DNA from: Eledone cirrhosa
Taxonomy: Eukaryota
Direction of reading: 5' to 3'
DNA length: 64,000 nucleotides
NCBI GenBank assembly: GCA_964016885.1
Contig: CAXHJY010000286.1
Span: 1-64,000 of the forward strand
The notes beneath the pieces were generated by a model, which saw only the letters and a program-made list of their open reading frames with translations, made no database searches and was not told the origin of the DNA. Both the position numbers and the translations under genes were made by a program. Shown one piece after another: positions 40,130 through 54,691 of the stretch (positions are counted from its first letter, which is position 1; every line of letters starts with the position of its first letter).

Positions 40130-43100
40130 ATGGCTTCATACAACGCCTCGAGACGTGCTGCGATATGCGATTCAGTGCGGGCGATACGTCATTCCAAAAA
40201 TAAAAACGCTTCTGCTGCTTCTTCCAGGGCTTCAGAGGGCCCAGAACAAAGGGCTGGACTGACTAGAAACGCTGCTGCTTCCAGGGCTTCGGAAGGTTTG
40301 GAACGGCGGACGAATCGCCTTGCTAGGAACGCTGCGGCTATGCCTGCTTCCAGGGCTTCTGAAGATGCAGACGGGCGCTCCATTAGGATTGCAAGGATGG
40401 CTTCTGCTACTGCTGCGAGAGCTTCCCACGACCCACAGGAGCAACATTCTACGTTGGAGCGGAACAGTCGACGACAAGAAGCTGCCCGCGGTGTGACGAG
40501 CCCCAACAGCCCATACTGGCACCTACGGGCTTTCAAGTATGAGCCCAACGTTAACTACTCGATGCGTGCCGACATAAATATAGGGGAAATGCGCTTCAAT
40601 TGCAAATTCTGCAATACTAAAAATGGGCTGGGGAGCCACCTGCAATGTGCTGCTTAAACGGTAAGGTCAGCTTGCCCCCTCTTGGGGAACCGCCAGAGCC
40701 TTTGAAGGAACTACTTACTGGTTCTACCTCAAGGTCATCCAAATTCCTTCAACTCATCAGGAAGTACAATTGTGCGTTTCAAATGACTTCTTTCGGGGCT
40801 AACGTTGTCAGAGAAAGTGGTTGGATGCCTACTTTCAAGGTCCAGGGGCAGGTGTACCATCTTATTGGGTCGCTCCAGCCACTACAAAATTGCAAGCCTT
40901 CGTTCCTTCAAATTTACTTCATTTCTAACTACAGTAGGCAAGTTGATGCGCGGTTCGACGTTATTCCAACACCTGCAAACACTGACGCTGACACCTTTGA
41001 CAGGGACGTGCTGCTCGGTCTTCAAAACATGCTTCATGAACACAACAGTTATATTCGCAGTTTCAAATACGCATTGGAAACAAACCCTTCACCAAACTTC
41101 ACCATTGTCATCGATGCTGACAAGACCTTCTGGGGAGCACGCACGCCGTAATAACGCTCCTTCGTGCAATGAAGTGGCCGTAGTTATCCATGGTGAACAG
41201 CACAATAAGCGAGACATAGTTCTTCAAAGCCGTGACAGTGGTCTTCGACGTATTAATGAGACGCATCGTTCAGACGACGCCCTGCAGTATCCCCTTCTTT
41301 TTGCATACGGAGAAGACGGGTACCATTTCGGCATTCCTCAGCGCAAACCAAACAAGCCCACTGCTGCGATATCTAAAGCTGTTTCATGCATGGCTTTATA
41401 CTCATACCGCTTCATGACGAGGCCTAACGATTTCAGCACCCTGCACAGGTCACGGGAACTGTTTCACCAGTTTGCAGTTGACATGGCTGCAAAGATGGAG
41501 TCGGAGAGACTGTGCTTCATAAAATTAAATCAGAAGCAGCTGCGCTCCTCAGACTCCTACATCCATTTGTGTGACGGCATCAGGAATGACACTGACCCCC
41601 GGAACATCGGCAAAATGTGCATTCTCCCCTCAACCGATACGGGGGGGGAGGGGGGGTACATGCACGAGCGAACACAGGACGCTATGACGTTCGTTCGGCA
41701 TTATGGGCGCCCCGATTTATTCATCACGTTTGCGTGTAACCCCAAGTGGGTTGAGGTTACGCGGGAACTTATCCCAGGGCAGAGGTACTGCCATCGGCAT
41801 GATATTATTGCCAGGGTTTTCAGGCAGAAGCTGGCTAAGCTAATTGATCTAATAAAAAAGGGCAGGTTTTCGGGCCTGTTAGGTGCCACATGTATACTGT
41901 TGAGTGGCAGAAGAGAGGGTTGCCACACGCGCACATTTTGGTTTGGTTGGTCACCAAAATAGACCCTACAGTTCTAGATGACGTCATCGCAACGGAAATA
42001 CCGGACCTCGTTGTTGACCGGCAGCTGTACGACATTGTGAAGGTACACATGGTGCACGGTCCGTGCGGTCCCGGTTTTCAAGAGTTCTCCTCATGCCAAA
42101 GGGACCATGTGTGCACTAAAGGATACCCAAAGAGGTTTGTTGAGGAGACCCAGACCGGCGGCGACGGATACCCACTATACAGACGAAGGCGGCCTGAGAA
42201 CGGTGGATTCACTATGACGTTACGAGGTCATTAAGTTGATAATAGGTGGGTGGTCCCTTACCGTCCATTTCTGATAAAAACTTTCAACGCTCATATAAAT
42301 GTGGAGTTCTGTCATTCAGTGAAGTCGATAAAGTACATATGTAAATATGTTAACAAGGGTTCCGACGCTGCCATGTTCGGCCTTCAAAACGACAATAGCC
42401 GGGACGAGGTCTCGGAGTACTTGGCAGGTCGATATATCAGCAGTGGTGAAGCTTTTTGGCGGATATTCGGGTTTCCAATTCACCAAAAGCACCCCGCCAT
42501 CATACAACTAGCGGTTCATATGGAAAACGGCCAGCGGGCTTACTTTACTGAACTGACTGCTGCTCATTTGGCGGCCAATCCAAAAGAAACAACTTTGACT
42601 GTTTTTTTTACGCTTTGCCAACTTGACACATTTGCAAAAACACTTTCATATCCTCAGGTCCCGTCCTACTACGTGTGGTCAAACAACACTTGGGTGCGTA
42701 GGAAGTCAGGTCAGGATGTTGAAGGACATCCTGGTGTCAAGTTTGACAGTTGTCTAGGAAGAGTGTACACTGTACCTCCCAACCAGCATGAGTCTTTTCA
42801 CCTGCGCCTTCTCCTCCATGAGGTTTTTGGCCCACAAAGCTTTCGAGACATAAGAACTCTTGACGGTGGATTATGTGATACTTTCCGGGAAGCCTGCTTT
42901 AGGCGTGACCTTTTGGAGGATGATTCACAATGTGGCGCCACTATGGCAGAGGGCGTTTTGTTGAAATTTCCTAAAAGACTAAGATCGCTTTTTGCTATTC
43001 TACTCCTATGGTGCGACTTGGGTGATCCGGCCTCTTTATGGCTTAGCTACAAAGATTACATGTCTGATGATTTCCTGCGTAACGCTCAGTTGCTAAACCC

Positions 43101-43880
43101 ATCGATGGAGGTCGGGTACAGTGACCTCATTTACAACAGGGGCTGCTTGAAATCAAAGATACTGTTCTCGATATGGGCGGTAGTGCGTTGGCGGTGTATG
43201 GCCTACCTTCAACAAACCGGGAAGGCGCAAACACTCTGTCTTCGGATTTGCTGCGTGAGACATCTTATAATGTTGACGAGCTTGCCTAGTACATAGCGGA
43301 GAATGAGCCAAAGCTCCTTCCAGAACAGAAATTCGCTTACAACTCCGTTGTTAATTTTGTCCGGGACAAAGCTGGGGGGGATTCTTTTCCTGGACGCTCC
43401 TGGGGGGACTGGGAAAACTTTTGTCACCAAATTAATATTAACTGAGATTAGGCGAACAGAAGGCATTGCCTTAGCTGTGGCATCATCTGGAATTGCGGCT
43501 ACTTTGTTGCCGGGCGGCAGGACAGCTCACTCCTATTTCAAGCTCCCGCTTGACTTAGCGAAGACTGAGACACCCACTTGCAACATCAGTAAGAGCTCCG
43601 ATCAGGCAGAAGTGTTCAGTCGATGCAAGCTTATCGTTTGGGACGAATGCACGATGGCCCACAGAGGTGCTCTTGAGGCGCTCGATAGAACTCTGAGAGA
43701 CACCAAAGACTCTACGGCTCCCATGGGAGGCATAACACTTCTTCTTTCAGGGGACTTCAGACAAACGCTTCCCGTTATTCCCAAGGGGACTAGCGCTGAT
43801 GCAGTACATGCGTGTCTTAAGTCATCCGCATTGTGGTTCTGAAACTTCACACTAACATGCGTACTTATATGCGAGGTGAT
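40130..43880 (+). pseudogene. Helitron Rep-helicase, frameshifted and 3'-truncated
   Basis: CC.NGKV, YNCAFQMTSFG, QYPLLF, YGRPDLFITF.CNPKW, HUH motif VEWQKRGLPHAHIL, Y2 motif KYICKYVNKG, PIF1 motifs DAPGGTGKT, WDECTM, GDFRQTLPV. Confidence 0.95.
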
Positions 43881-44177
43881 ATCTATATTCATGGCTTGCT
43901 ATGTCATATTTTTTTCTCTGGTGTCGACAAAATATGTCCCTGTCATAAACCGGAACAGGATCAAGTGACTATACTTATCCGTGTTCAGACCCGGTGTACA
44001 TGTGTGTGTGTATGTTTACACTATCGACCCTTACATCTTGTGGGAAGGAGATTCTTGTCTTAAAATCATTTAGACGTGTCTTATTCCATGTTGACAACGA
44101 AGAATTTTACGTTGACAATTAATATCAATCAGGATAATACTACAAATTTCTCTTGACACGTATTGTTATTTCTACTT

Positions 44178-44432
44178 GGTGAGGTTGTGAGTTCGATTCT
44201 TGGACCGGGTGATGCGTTGTGTCTTTGGGCAAGACACTTTATTTCACGTTCCTCCAGTTTACTCAGCTGTAGAAATGAGATGTGACGTCACTGGTGTCAA
44301 GCTGTATCAGCCATTGCCTTTCCCTTGGACAACATCGGTGGTGTGGAAAGGAGAGACTGGTATGCATGGGCTTGTGCCTCGGAGGGGAACTTTCTAGGTG
44401 CAAACTCCATAGTCATTAATGAACGATGGGGG
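44178..44432 (+). mobile_element. CORE-like SINE, 5'-truncated
   Basis: Homologous to 35520-35835. Confidence 0.8.
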
Positions 44433-44555
44433 CCTAGAGGAGAACTTGGTGCCAATGTAGACCTCAACGTGGTTGCTCGAACTGGTCGAAATAGAAACAA
44501 AATTTCCCTCAAGTTTGTGGTTGTATGTGTGTATACAAGAAATCATTATTTTCAG

Positions 44556-44742
44556 ATTGGCAGTATTGGTAGGGGGGGGGGTCGGACGCCATGCTTTGAC
44601 GCATAGAGTTACGGCCCTTGTCATTCTGAGTTCAAATCCCGCCGAGGTTAACTTTGCCTTTCATCCTTACGGGGTCGATAAAATAAAGTACCAGTAATAC
44701 ACTGGGTATTTTCTGGCCTTGTGCCTAAAGTAGAAACAATTA
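44556..44742 (+). mobile_element. SINE main family with TSD
   Basis: attattttcagat at both ends. Confidence 0.9.
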
Positions 44743-45059
44743 TTTTCAGATCCATATAAAAACCTATCGCTATAAATATTATCAACATATACTATAAATT
44801 ACACACTTTTCTAGTTGTCCAATATAATTACAAACACCTTTAATAAATTAGTATAATATACACGAATAGACTTACGTGGCATCTTAGTTTATTTTCTTAT
44901 TCTTTCTGCTTTTATATAAAACTGATAGTTTTTAATGTTTGTATAATGTAAGTAAAACGAGTTTATGTTGGCAAACGTCTCATCCATCTTTCTTAAGCGT
45001 GTTAGCCATGAAATGTAATTTAAATTAGCATCGGCACACAACGGCTTACAAGATATATA

Positions 45060-45712
<653 letters not shown>

Positions 45713-46179
45713 CATCTAGCAATGATGAAAATAACAACAAACAAACAAAACAACTAACAACACAAAATCAACATCAAAATGAATTACTTTCGTGCACTTA
45801 ATTACGAATAATAAGAGGAAAATTACCGAAATGGCAACTAATGTCTTCCACCTGGCAGTGTTACTATAATGGTAGAGGGGGTGACTTTATTTTAGCATTG
45901 ATTTCTTATTTTGGCATCAAGTCACATTTGTGAGTGAAAGGTGTAGTCAATTAAATCGAACTCAAAAATGACTGAAACACTGATACTTATACCACACCTG
46001 GAAAGATGTAATAAATAGTTGACTCCGTTGGGATTTCAACGAAGACGAGAGAAAGAACCTTGAGAAATTAATCTAAGTATTTTAAATTAGTTTTTTGTTT
46101 TTTTTTAAAGAGAAATTTGGCTAAAAATATCGATGTGGTGGGCCTCGCATGATTGTTTTGTAAAACTACCTCTCTTCCT

Positions 46180-46351
46180 TCACTCACTCGATCAGTCACT
46201 CCCTCAATCAGTCACTCCCTCAATCAGTCACTCCCTCAATCAGTCACTCCCTCAACCAGTCACTCAACTTCACTCACTCAACTCCACTCAACTCCATTCC
46301 ACTCACTCCCCTCCCCTCCACTCCACTCCACTCCACTCCACTCCACTCCAC

Positions 46352-46383
<32 letters not shown>
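46180..46383. repeat. Compound repeat (atcagtcactccctca)n-(ctcca)n-(tcaa)n
   Basis: Direct inspection. Confidence 0.9.
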
Positions 46384-46384
<1 letters not shown>

Positions 46385-46522
46385 AGCAGCCATAGTTTTC
46401 CCACTACTAGATAAAGGTTTACATTTTATTTCCCGTTTTCCCGTAACTTTCCGTTTGAAGTTTCCGATCTCCAATTTTCCTCAAATCTATCGGTGAATTA
46501 TCAAAGTCATTAGACTAGGAAT

Positions 46523-46792
46523 TAGTTCCGACTCACTGCACTTTGAGTTAAATAGTTCTGACCCACTGCACGTTGAGTTAAATAGTTCCGACTCACTGCA
46601 CTTTGAGTTAAATAGTTCTGACCCACTGCACGTTGAGTTAAATAGTTCCGACTCACTGCACTTTGAGTTAAATAGTTCTGACCCACTGTACGTTGAGTTA
46701 AATAGTTCCGACTCACTGTACGTTGAGCCAAATAGTTCCGATTCACTGCACGTGGAGCCAAATAGTTCCGACCCATTGCACGTTGAGTTAAA
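46523..46792. repeat. 30-bp minisatellite x9 with alternating variants
   Basis: tagttccgactcactgcactttgagttaaa / tagttctgacccactgcacgttgagttaaa. Confidence 0.95.
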
Positions 46793-46881
46793 ATGTCGCT
46801 GAGATCAACTTCACCTTCCTTTTTTTCAGTTTCAATAAAGATGTGTGCCAGTCAATGGCTGTTGTTTGGCAACATTATTAT

Positions 46882-46974
46882 AATTGTTTCTACTTTAGGC
46901 AAAAGGCCAGCAATTTGAAGGGAAGGGGGAAGTCGATTGAATCAGTACTTACTGGTACTTTATTTTATCGACCC
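46882..46974 (-). mobile_element. SINE 3' fragment
   Basis: ttgtttctactttaggc..ggtactttattttatcgaccc. Confidence 0.8.
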
Positions 46975-47250
46975 TGATGCCCTTGTGGACAGTTTGATGC
47001 CAGGCATCGCGGTCCCTAGCCTGTCTCTCCCAGCCGAAAGAAGCGATGTTGCAGGCTTTCATGTTATTTGTCACAGATATACATAAAATCCCTGTGTGAA
47101 GATAGAAGTATAAACACATAGAATAACTCTTACAGAGTTAGCAACGAGTAGATTCCTAGTAAAGCAACCTAAAATAAAATCACCTCATCATCAATCTCAC
47201 CATTGCTGCGGTTTCAAGCGTCAAGACACCATTGGCTATTTTAATACATA

Positions 47251-47426
47251 CCATATTTCCTGGCGCCGAAGACAATTCGTCCTCGAGGACACGCCTTAAT
47301 TTTGACAACCAAAAATTTGAAATAAAATAAAATAAAAATAAACAATTTTCGGCCTCCAGGACGCATGGTAGATTTTTGAGACTTATTTTAGGTAAAAAAT
47401 AGCATCTTCGATACCGGGAAATACGG
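47251..47426. mobile_element. Tc1/mariner (pogo-like) MITE with TA TSD
   Basis: TA|ccatatttcctggcgccgaagac ... catcttcgataccgggaaatacgg|TA. Confidence 0.75.
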
Positions 47427-47439
47427 TAATTTTGATACA

Positions 47440-48061
47440 TGTATGATATTTGTTACTCTTTGGTTGTTGAGTTGATAGTTGTATGATGTTACTCTTTGGT
47501 TGTTCAGTTGATAGTTGTATGATGTTACTCTTTGGTTGTTGAGTTGATAGTTGTATGATGTTACTCTTTGGTTGTTGAGTTGATAGTTGTATGATGTTAC
47601 TCTTTGGTTGTTCAGTTGATAGTTGTATGATGTTACTCTTTGGTTGTTGAGTTGATAGTTGTATGATGTTACTCTTTGGTTGTTGAGTTGATAGTTGTAT
47701 GATGTTACTCTTTGGTTGTTGAGTTGATAGTTGTATGATGTTACTCTTTGGTTGTTCAGTTGATAGTTGTATGATGTTACTCTTTGGTTGTTGAGTTGAT
47801 AGTTGTATGATGTTATTCTTTGGTTGTTCAGTTGATAGTTGTATGATGTTACTCTTTGGTTGTTGAGTTGATAGTTGTATGATGTTACTCTTTGGTTGTT
47901 CAGTTGATAGTTGTATGATGTTACTCTTTGGTTGTTGAGTTGATAGTTGTATGATGTTACTCTTTGGTTGTTCAGTTGATAGTTGTATGATGTTACTCTT
48001 TGGTTGTTGAGTTGATAGTTGTATGATGTTACTCTTTGGTTGTTGAGTTGATAGTTGTATG
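47440..48061. repeat. 36-bp minisatellite x17
   Basis: tgttactctttggttgttSagttgatagttgtatga. Confidence 0.97.
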
Positions 48062-48321
48062 GCAAAGTTGACCTCGGCAAGATTTGAACTCGTAATTTGA
48101 CGTAATTTGTTCGACCCTCTACCGATACTGCCAATCCACCGCCCCTCTAGTGATTTCTAGTATAGGCACAAGGCCAACAATTACCCAGTGCATCACTGGT
48201 ACTTTATTTTATCGACCCCGCAAGAATGAAAGGCAAAGTTAACCTCGCCGGTATTTGAACTCAGTCCGTAAAGGTACGTAACTCTGTGTTGCAAAGCATG
48301 GGGTCCGACTCTCTGCCTAGA

Positions 48322-48357
<36 letters not shown>

Positions 48358-48527
48358 TGTTTCTACTTTAGGCACAAGGCCAACAATTACCCAGTGCATC
48401 ACTGGTACTTTATTTTATCGACCCCGTAAGGATGAAAGGCAAAGTTAACCTCGCCGGTATTTGAACTCAGTCCGTAAAGGTACGTAACTCTGTGTTGCAA
48501 AGCATGGGGTCCGACTCTCTGCCTAGA

Positions 48528-48560
<33 letters not shown>
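48061..48560 (-). mobile_element. SINE cluster including a tandem duplication of SINE+(aat)n
   Basis: 48165-48355 is nearly identical to 48370-48560. Confidence 0.85.
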
Positions 48561-48561
<1 letters not shown>

Positions 48562-49084
48562 GATGTCTACTTACTATTCTTCATGGTCTTATCTTTAAAC
48601 TAAAATGCTAAGTATTATGGTCCTTTCTTAACCTCAAACATAGTTTAACTTTTCTAAGGTCAGTTGCTTTTTGCTATGGATGATGAATGGAATGTTGGTT
48701 CCTAGTGAAGCCTATAAGGAGACACTTGAAAATAATTACAACGGTTTAACACAATATAGTGATACATTATCTCTTTAATTGCAGTTATAGTCTCAACAAT
48801 GTTGTTCTAGAAAAGATAACTTTTAGGTTACGTGACGCCATCTCTTCTTTAAGACACTTTCTGCAATACTTTTTTTTTTTTTCCAAGTTCAAGTTATTGC
48901 TTCTGACATCAGGAGAATCACCATATTGAAATATTAACGTCTTGTTTTATGGCTGTACTGTATTTCAAATATCTATTTTAACAGATGGGCTTATTAAATG
49001 AAATTAAACATAAAACTGGGTACTTCAATCAGAAGAGATATATTTTACAGATTAAGTGTCATTTTTATGATTATTTATTAAAAG

Positions 49085-49323
49085 GGTAGGTAGTGAATTG
49101 GCAGAATCGTTAGAACGACAGATAAAATGTTTTATGGCATTCGTCCCAGCTCCCTTGTCTCCGAGTTCATATCCCGCCGAGGCCAACTTTGACTTTCATC
49201 CTTTCGAGGTTAATAAACAAAAAGTACCAGTCAAGTACTGGGGTCAGTTCTTCCTCTATATCTATTTCTCACTTTCATTCTCTCTCTCTCTGTCTATCCT
49301 TCTCTGGAAGAAATCTGCTGTGT
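49085..49323 (+). mobile_element. SINE, long-tail subfamily (partial)
   Basis: Head, core and ttcttcctctatatctatttctcac..gaaatctgctg tail. Confidence 0.75.
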
Positions 49324-50180
49324 TCATTATTGTTAATGATCACATCTTAAGAAATAGCAGAAATTCAACAAAAATAAATTGTTGTTGCTTAGCACCACAT
49401 CCACCCAACTAAGCAGAACTTTGATTAAAACCATTCCTTGTAGAATTATTCCTCATCTTTTTAGAGCTATCTAGGAATATATTATCTAATATATCTGTTC
49501 ATTTCTCAGACCGTCACGTGACTTGAGGAATATTTGGCATTTAATTCCTGCTATTTGGCAGCCATTACGTAGTATAGTTGGAATGACTAGGATTAGCAAT
49601 TATAAAATAACCATTTCTACTATTATCGCTGTATGTGTCCAATTTCTTGTATACTGTAAACAAATGTTTTTGTTAATATAATAAATGCTTCCATCAAGGT
49701 TAATCAAAGCACGTTAAGAATGTAATTTTTAGGTTCAAATATGTCTTGTGACCTTATAACTTCAGATTATACATTCTTATTTATGTGTAAATCTTCCAAT
49801 CTTTTCAGCTAGGAAAAAAAGCAGCCATTGTAAATTCTGCACTTGGCAGGGTGAATATAGAATGTTGACATAGGGGTAGTATACATAAGGAACTGCTGCC
49901 TTCGTTTATTAAACTATATCTATAAAATAGGACAATCTCATAACCCATTAAAAGTTTCCCTCGCTGTTGTAAAATAGGACAGTTTTATATATCTTTAGCA
50001 GAATTTAATGGACAATTTCTACCTTTGAAGTGCAGAAATATAGCATGGTTTGGCAATTTAATTTCTGACTTAGACATAAAAGCATAAACTATAATTATAC
50101 CTTAATATTTTAGACTAAATATTTGAATTTTATATATGCACATTGCTTTTTCACACATACATACATGCATACATACATAC

Positions 50181-50222
50181 ATGATGATGGCTGCCCCCTC
50201 GTTATCGAGTATGGCCATTGCA
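50181..50222 (-). mobile_element. 3' tip related to the ~610-bp element, with (cat)n tail
   Basis: tggccatactcgataacgagggggcagccatcatcat vs tggccgtactcgaaaacgagttggcagccaccat. Confidence 0.6.
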
Positions 50223-50242
50223 TGATATACCATTATTAATAA

Positions 50243-50277
<35 letters not shown>

Positions 50278-50711
50278 TTGGATATGAATCGAAGTTGTGG
50301 TTACCATACAGCAGGTACTATTCGAGTTGTTTGAGGCAATCACAAAGCATTCAATGGATTAATAAGCTAAACATTATCGTCTAGAATAAAACACAACAGT
50401 TAAAAAGTGTGACACCAAGAAGAACCACCGAATGCAGTGGCTATGCTTATACCACAACAACGATAAATAAAAAAAGGTTATATATATATATAAGTATGTA
50501 TACGTACATACTACTGTACGTCTGTATACATATATGTATACATATATGTATATATATACATACATGCACATATATATATATATATATGTACGTATGGATT
50601 TACCGAACATTTATTATAATGCTCGGTTTGTTTGTACGGCTTAATTCGGAATGTTTGTTTACAGTGTTTAGCAACCATCGTTGCCCTTTTCTTCAACACT
50701 GGTAAAGGAAT

Positions 50712-50750
50712 GATGTACTAGTTTCAAGCTTATTAGCTATCGTCAGCACC
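50712..50750 (-). ncRNA. Minimal type I hammerhead ribozyme within TA-flanked island 50590-50930
   Basis: ggtg CTGACGA t agct aata agct t GAAA ctag TA catc. Confidence 0.85.
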
Positions 50751-50961
50751 GTATACCTTCCTGCCAGATGATTGAACGTCTGAAAGTATATACTTTCCTT
50801 ATGCTGAGCAGCCCAATTTGCATATCGAGTGAGTTAATCGGCCGGGCGCACCGAAAACGATAAATGGAAAAAATGAAACAAAATTTCATTTCTCACTTAC
50901 TCTTAGTACAGCTGTCATTAATTGTACCGTTATATATATATATATACATATTTATATATTA

Positions 50962-51780
50962 CTAGCAGTAAAGCCCGGCGTTGCTCGGGGTCGCTCAGTA
51001 GCTGTGTTAAAGTTACAATGTTAAGTTTCTTTTTTGGCTTAAAAACTGTAGTGTCTACTGTGCAGACTTGCATGTGGTGTTTTTGATTAATATTCCCTCA
51101 ACCAACAATATGCCTTATGAAGTTAAGAAAACATAACGATAACCCGAATGTTATAACAAAAGAGGATGCTGGGGATAAAAACTGCACTGGTTATTTATTA
51201 ACAAAGATCGAAAATGTAAACACTGCAACGCAGAGAAAAACATTAGCGTAACCAAATTATCAGTTATGTCTGTCTGCACGCCTATATCACCTCTCTGCAC
51301 GACTGTCTGTCTGCACGCCTGAAATATTTGCTTGTTTTACGTAGTCTTTAAATAGACTTGTTTTCAAGTAAAAATATTGTTTTAAAATGCTTTTAAATGG
51401 AAATGAAGCAAAACGGAAGCTTAGTGTTCGAACTGATGAATTTTGCAGGTCAATATTTTGCTGGCTCGACAACTGTCTGTTCGTGTATTGTGTTAATGTC
51501 ATTTTAAACGCTGAGAAAGCCAGCGTAATTTTTTACGTAAGACGCTCAATGTAAACAGAACAAAGGGAAATAACTGATAACTTACGCTCAAAAATCGATA
51601 CATTATATTCGATTTCGTCACATAGGGTGGGTCAATTTAAAATTTTTTTTTTCCGATGTCTTCGCTAGGGCTCAATGTACAAGTATAGCAATTTCGGTGC
51701 AATTCCGTGAGAGATTCTAAGAGGAGATGTGTGCCAAAAATCGATAGACAGACAGACAACCACAGTTTTATATATATAGA
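50962..51780 (-). mobile_element. Complete 819-bp non-autonomous Helitron
   Basis: A|TCtatatatataaaa..(gtct)n ... hairpin cccgagcaacgccggg ..CTAG|T; AT target, no TSD. Confidence 0.85.
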
Positions 51781-51949
51781 TATACATATTTATCACTCTT
51801 GATGGAATGAATTAAAAAGTCAACTATGAAATTTCTTTAAAATTTAGTGTCTTGAACTATTCTGAAAATATAAAATGAATAAAATAAAAACAAAGCTATT
51901 TCTTTTTAATCGTACGATCAAGCACAGTTAATTGTCTGACTTCTGTAAC

Positions 51950-52135
51950 AATGGTTTCTGATTTAGGCACAAGGTCAACAATTTTGGGAAGGGTAAGTCG
52001 ATTAAACGACCCCAGTGCATTACTGGTACTTTATTTTATCGACCCCGTAAGGATGAAAAGCAAAGTTAACCTCGGCAGGATTTGAACTCAGATCTTAAAG
52101 GGACATAACTCTATGCCATAAATCATGTTTGACGC
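51950..52135 (-). mobile_element. SINE main family
   Basis: Core and B box on the minus strand. Confidence 0.85.
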
Positions 52136-52211
52136 TAAGCTCTGGGCGGGAGCCGTAGTCTTCAAAGTGATTTTCAGTTGAACACTTTGCACTTAATTTT
52201 CGCCTTGCCTG

Positions 52212-53821
52212 AGATACGTTATATGTTGTCTAACATTGTAGAAACGATACGTTATATGTCGTCTGACATTGTAGAAACGATACGTTATATGTTGTCTGAC
52301 ATTGTAGAAAAGATACGTTATATGTCGTCTGACATTGTAGAAACGATACGTTATATGTTGTCTGACATTGTAGAAAAGATACGTTATATGTCGTCTGACA
52401 TTGTAGAAACGATACGTTATATGTCGTCTGACATTGTAGAAAAGATACGTTATATGTCGTCTGACATTGTAGAAAAGATACGTTATATGTCGTCTGACAT
52501 TGTAGAAACGATACGTTATATGTTGTCTGACATTGTAGAAAAGATACGTTATATGTCGTCTGACATTGTAGAAAAGATACGTTATATGTCGTCTGACATT
52601 GTAGAAAAGATACGTTATATGTCGTCTGACATTGTAGAAAAGATACGTTATATGTCGTCTGACATTGTAGAAAAGATACGTTATATGTCGTCTGACATTG
52701 TAGAAAAGATACGTTATATGTCGTCTGACATTGTAGAAAAGATACGTTATATGTCGTCTGACATTGTAGAAAAGATACGTTATATGTCGTCTGACATTGT
52801 AGAAAAGATACGTTATATGTTGTCTGACATTGTAGAAAAGATACGTTATATGTCGTCTGACATTGTAGAAAAGATACGTTATATGTCGTCTGACATTGTA
52901 GAAACGATACGTTATATGTTGTCTGACATTGTAGAAAAGATACGTTATATGTCGTCTGACATTGTAGAAAAGATACGTTATATGTCGTCTGACATTGTAG
53001 AAAAGATACGTTATATGTCGTCTGACATTGTAGAAACGATGCGTTATATGTTGTCTGACATTGTAGAAAAGATACGTTATATGTCGTCTGACATTGTAGA
53101 AAAGATACGTTATATGTCGTCTGACATTGTAGAAAAGATACGTTATATGTCGTCTGACATTGTAGAAACGATACGTTATATGTTGTCTGACATTGTAGAA
53201 AAGATACGTTATATGTCGTCTGACATTGTAGAAAAGATACGTTATATGTCGTCTAACATTGTAGAAAAGATACGTTATATGTCGTCTGACATTGTAGAAA
53301 AGATACGTTATATGTCGTCTGACATTGTAGAAAAGATACGTTATATGTCGTCTGACATTGTAGAAAAGATACGTTATATGTCGTCTGACATTGTAGAAAC
53401 GATACGTTATATGTCGTCTGACATTGTAGAAACGATACGTTATATGTCGTCTGACATTGTAGAAACGATACGTTATATGTCGTCTGACATTGTAGAAACG
53501 ATACGTTATATGTCGTCTGACATTGTAGAAACGATACGTTATATGTTGTCTGACATTGTAGAAACGATACGTTATATGTTGTCTGACATTGTAGAAACGA
53601 TACGTTATATGTTGTCTGACATTGTAGAAAAGATACGTTATATGTCGTCTGACATTGTAGAAAAGATACGTTATATGTCGTCTGATATTGTAGAAAAGAT
53701 ACGTTATATGTCGTCTGACATTGTAGAAACGATACGTTATATGTCGTCTGACATTGTAGAAAAGATACGTTATATGTCGTCTGACATTGTAGAAAAGATA
53801 TGCTGTGTGGCCTCTGACATT
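52212..53821. repeat. 33-bp minisatellite, ~48 copies
   Basis: gatacgttatatgtYgtctgacattgtagaaaM. Confidence 0.98.
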
Positions 53822-54279
53822 TCCTTTTTTCTACATTAAACAGACGATGGACATAGTTTCTGTTGGATAGGATGTTAAATCAAAGAAAGTTAATCTAACG
53901 AAATGAAGTCACCTGTCTTTGGATGTGCCAAGAATTCGTGACAAAAGTCATGTGTTGCTGGCAACTACCCCCCCCCCCCCCCCCTCCCCTCTCCTACTGT
54001 CGTTACCCACCAAAAGAAAAAAATAAAGATCATTGTAGAAAAGATATTTTGAAATGAAAGACGGTATTTACAGAATTCCATTGATTATTTAAAATTATTT
54101 CAAATTATTTCAAATTATTTCAAATAAAGTACCAGTAATGTACTGGGTAATTGCTGGCCTTCTGCCTAAAGTAGAAACAATTATTTCAAACAACGAGCTT
54201 CTATGTCCGTTGTCTTTTCATCGTGATAAGATTCTGTATTATAATAACAATGTACTGGTATTTATGTTATATTGGTTAC

Positions 54280-54656
54280 AATGGTGGTGGTGGTTGGATG
54301 TTGATACTGTTATGGTAGTAGTAGTAGTGGTGGTAGTAGTAATAATGATAGTGGTGGTGGTGGTAGTAGTAGTTGTTGCTGTTACAATAATCGTAGTGGT
54401 TGTAGTTGTTGTTGTTGCAATAATAATAATAGTAGTGGTAGTAGTAGTTGCTGTTGTAGTAGTAGTGGTGGTGGTAGTAGTAGTTGCTGTTGTAATAGTA
54501 GTAGTAGTAGTGGTGGTAGTAGTAGTAGTTGTTGCTGTTGTAATAATAATAATAGTAGTGGTAGTAGTAGTTGCTGTTGTAGTAGTAGTGGTGGTGGTAG
54601 TAGTAGTTGCTGTTGTAATAGTAGTAGTAGTAGTAGTGGTAGTAGTAGTTGCTGTT

Positions 54657-54691
<35 letters not shown>

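Noticed and set aside
47388-48134. (NNQRVTSYNYQL)n ORF
   Set aside because: 36-bp minisatellite; the ORF start lies in a SINE
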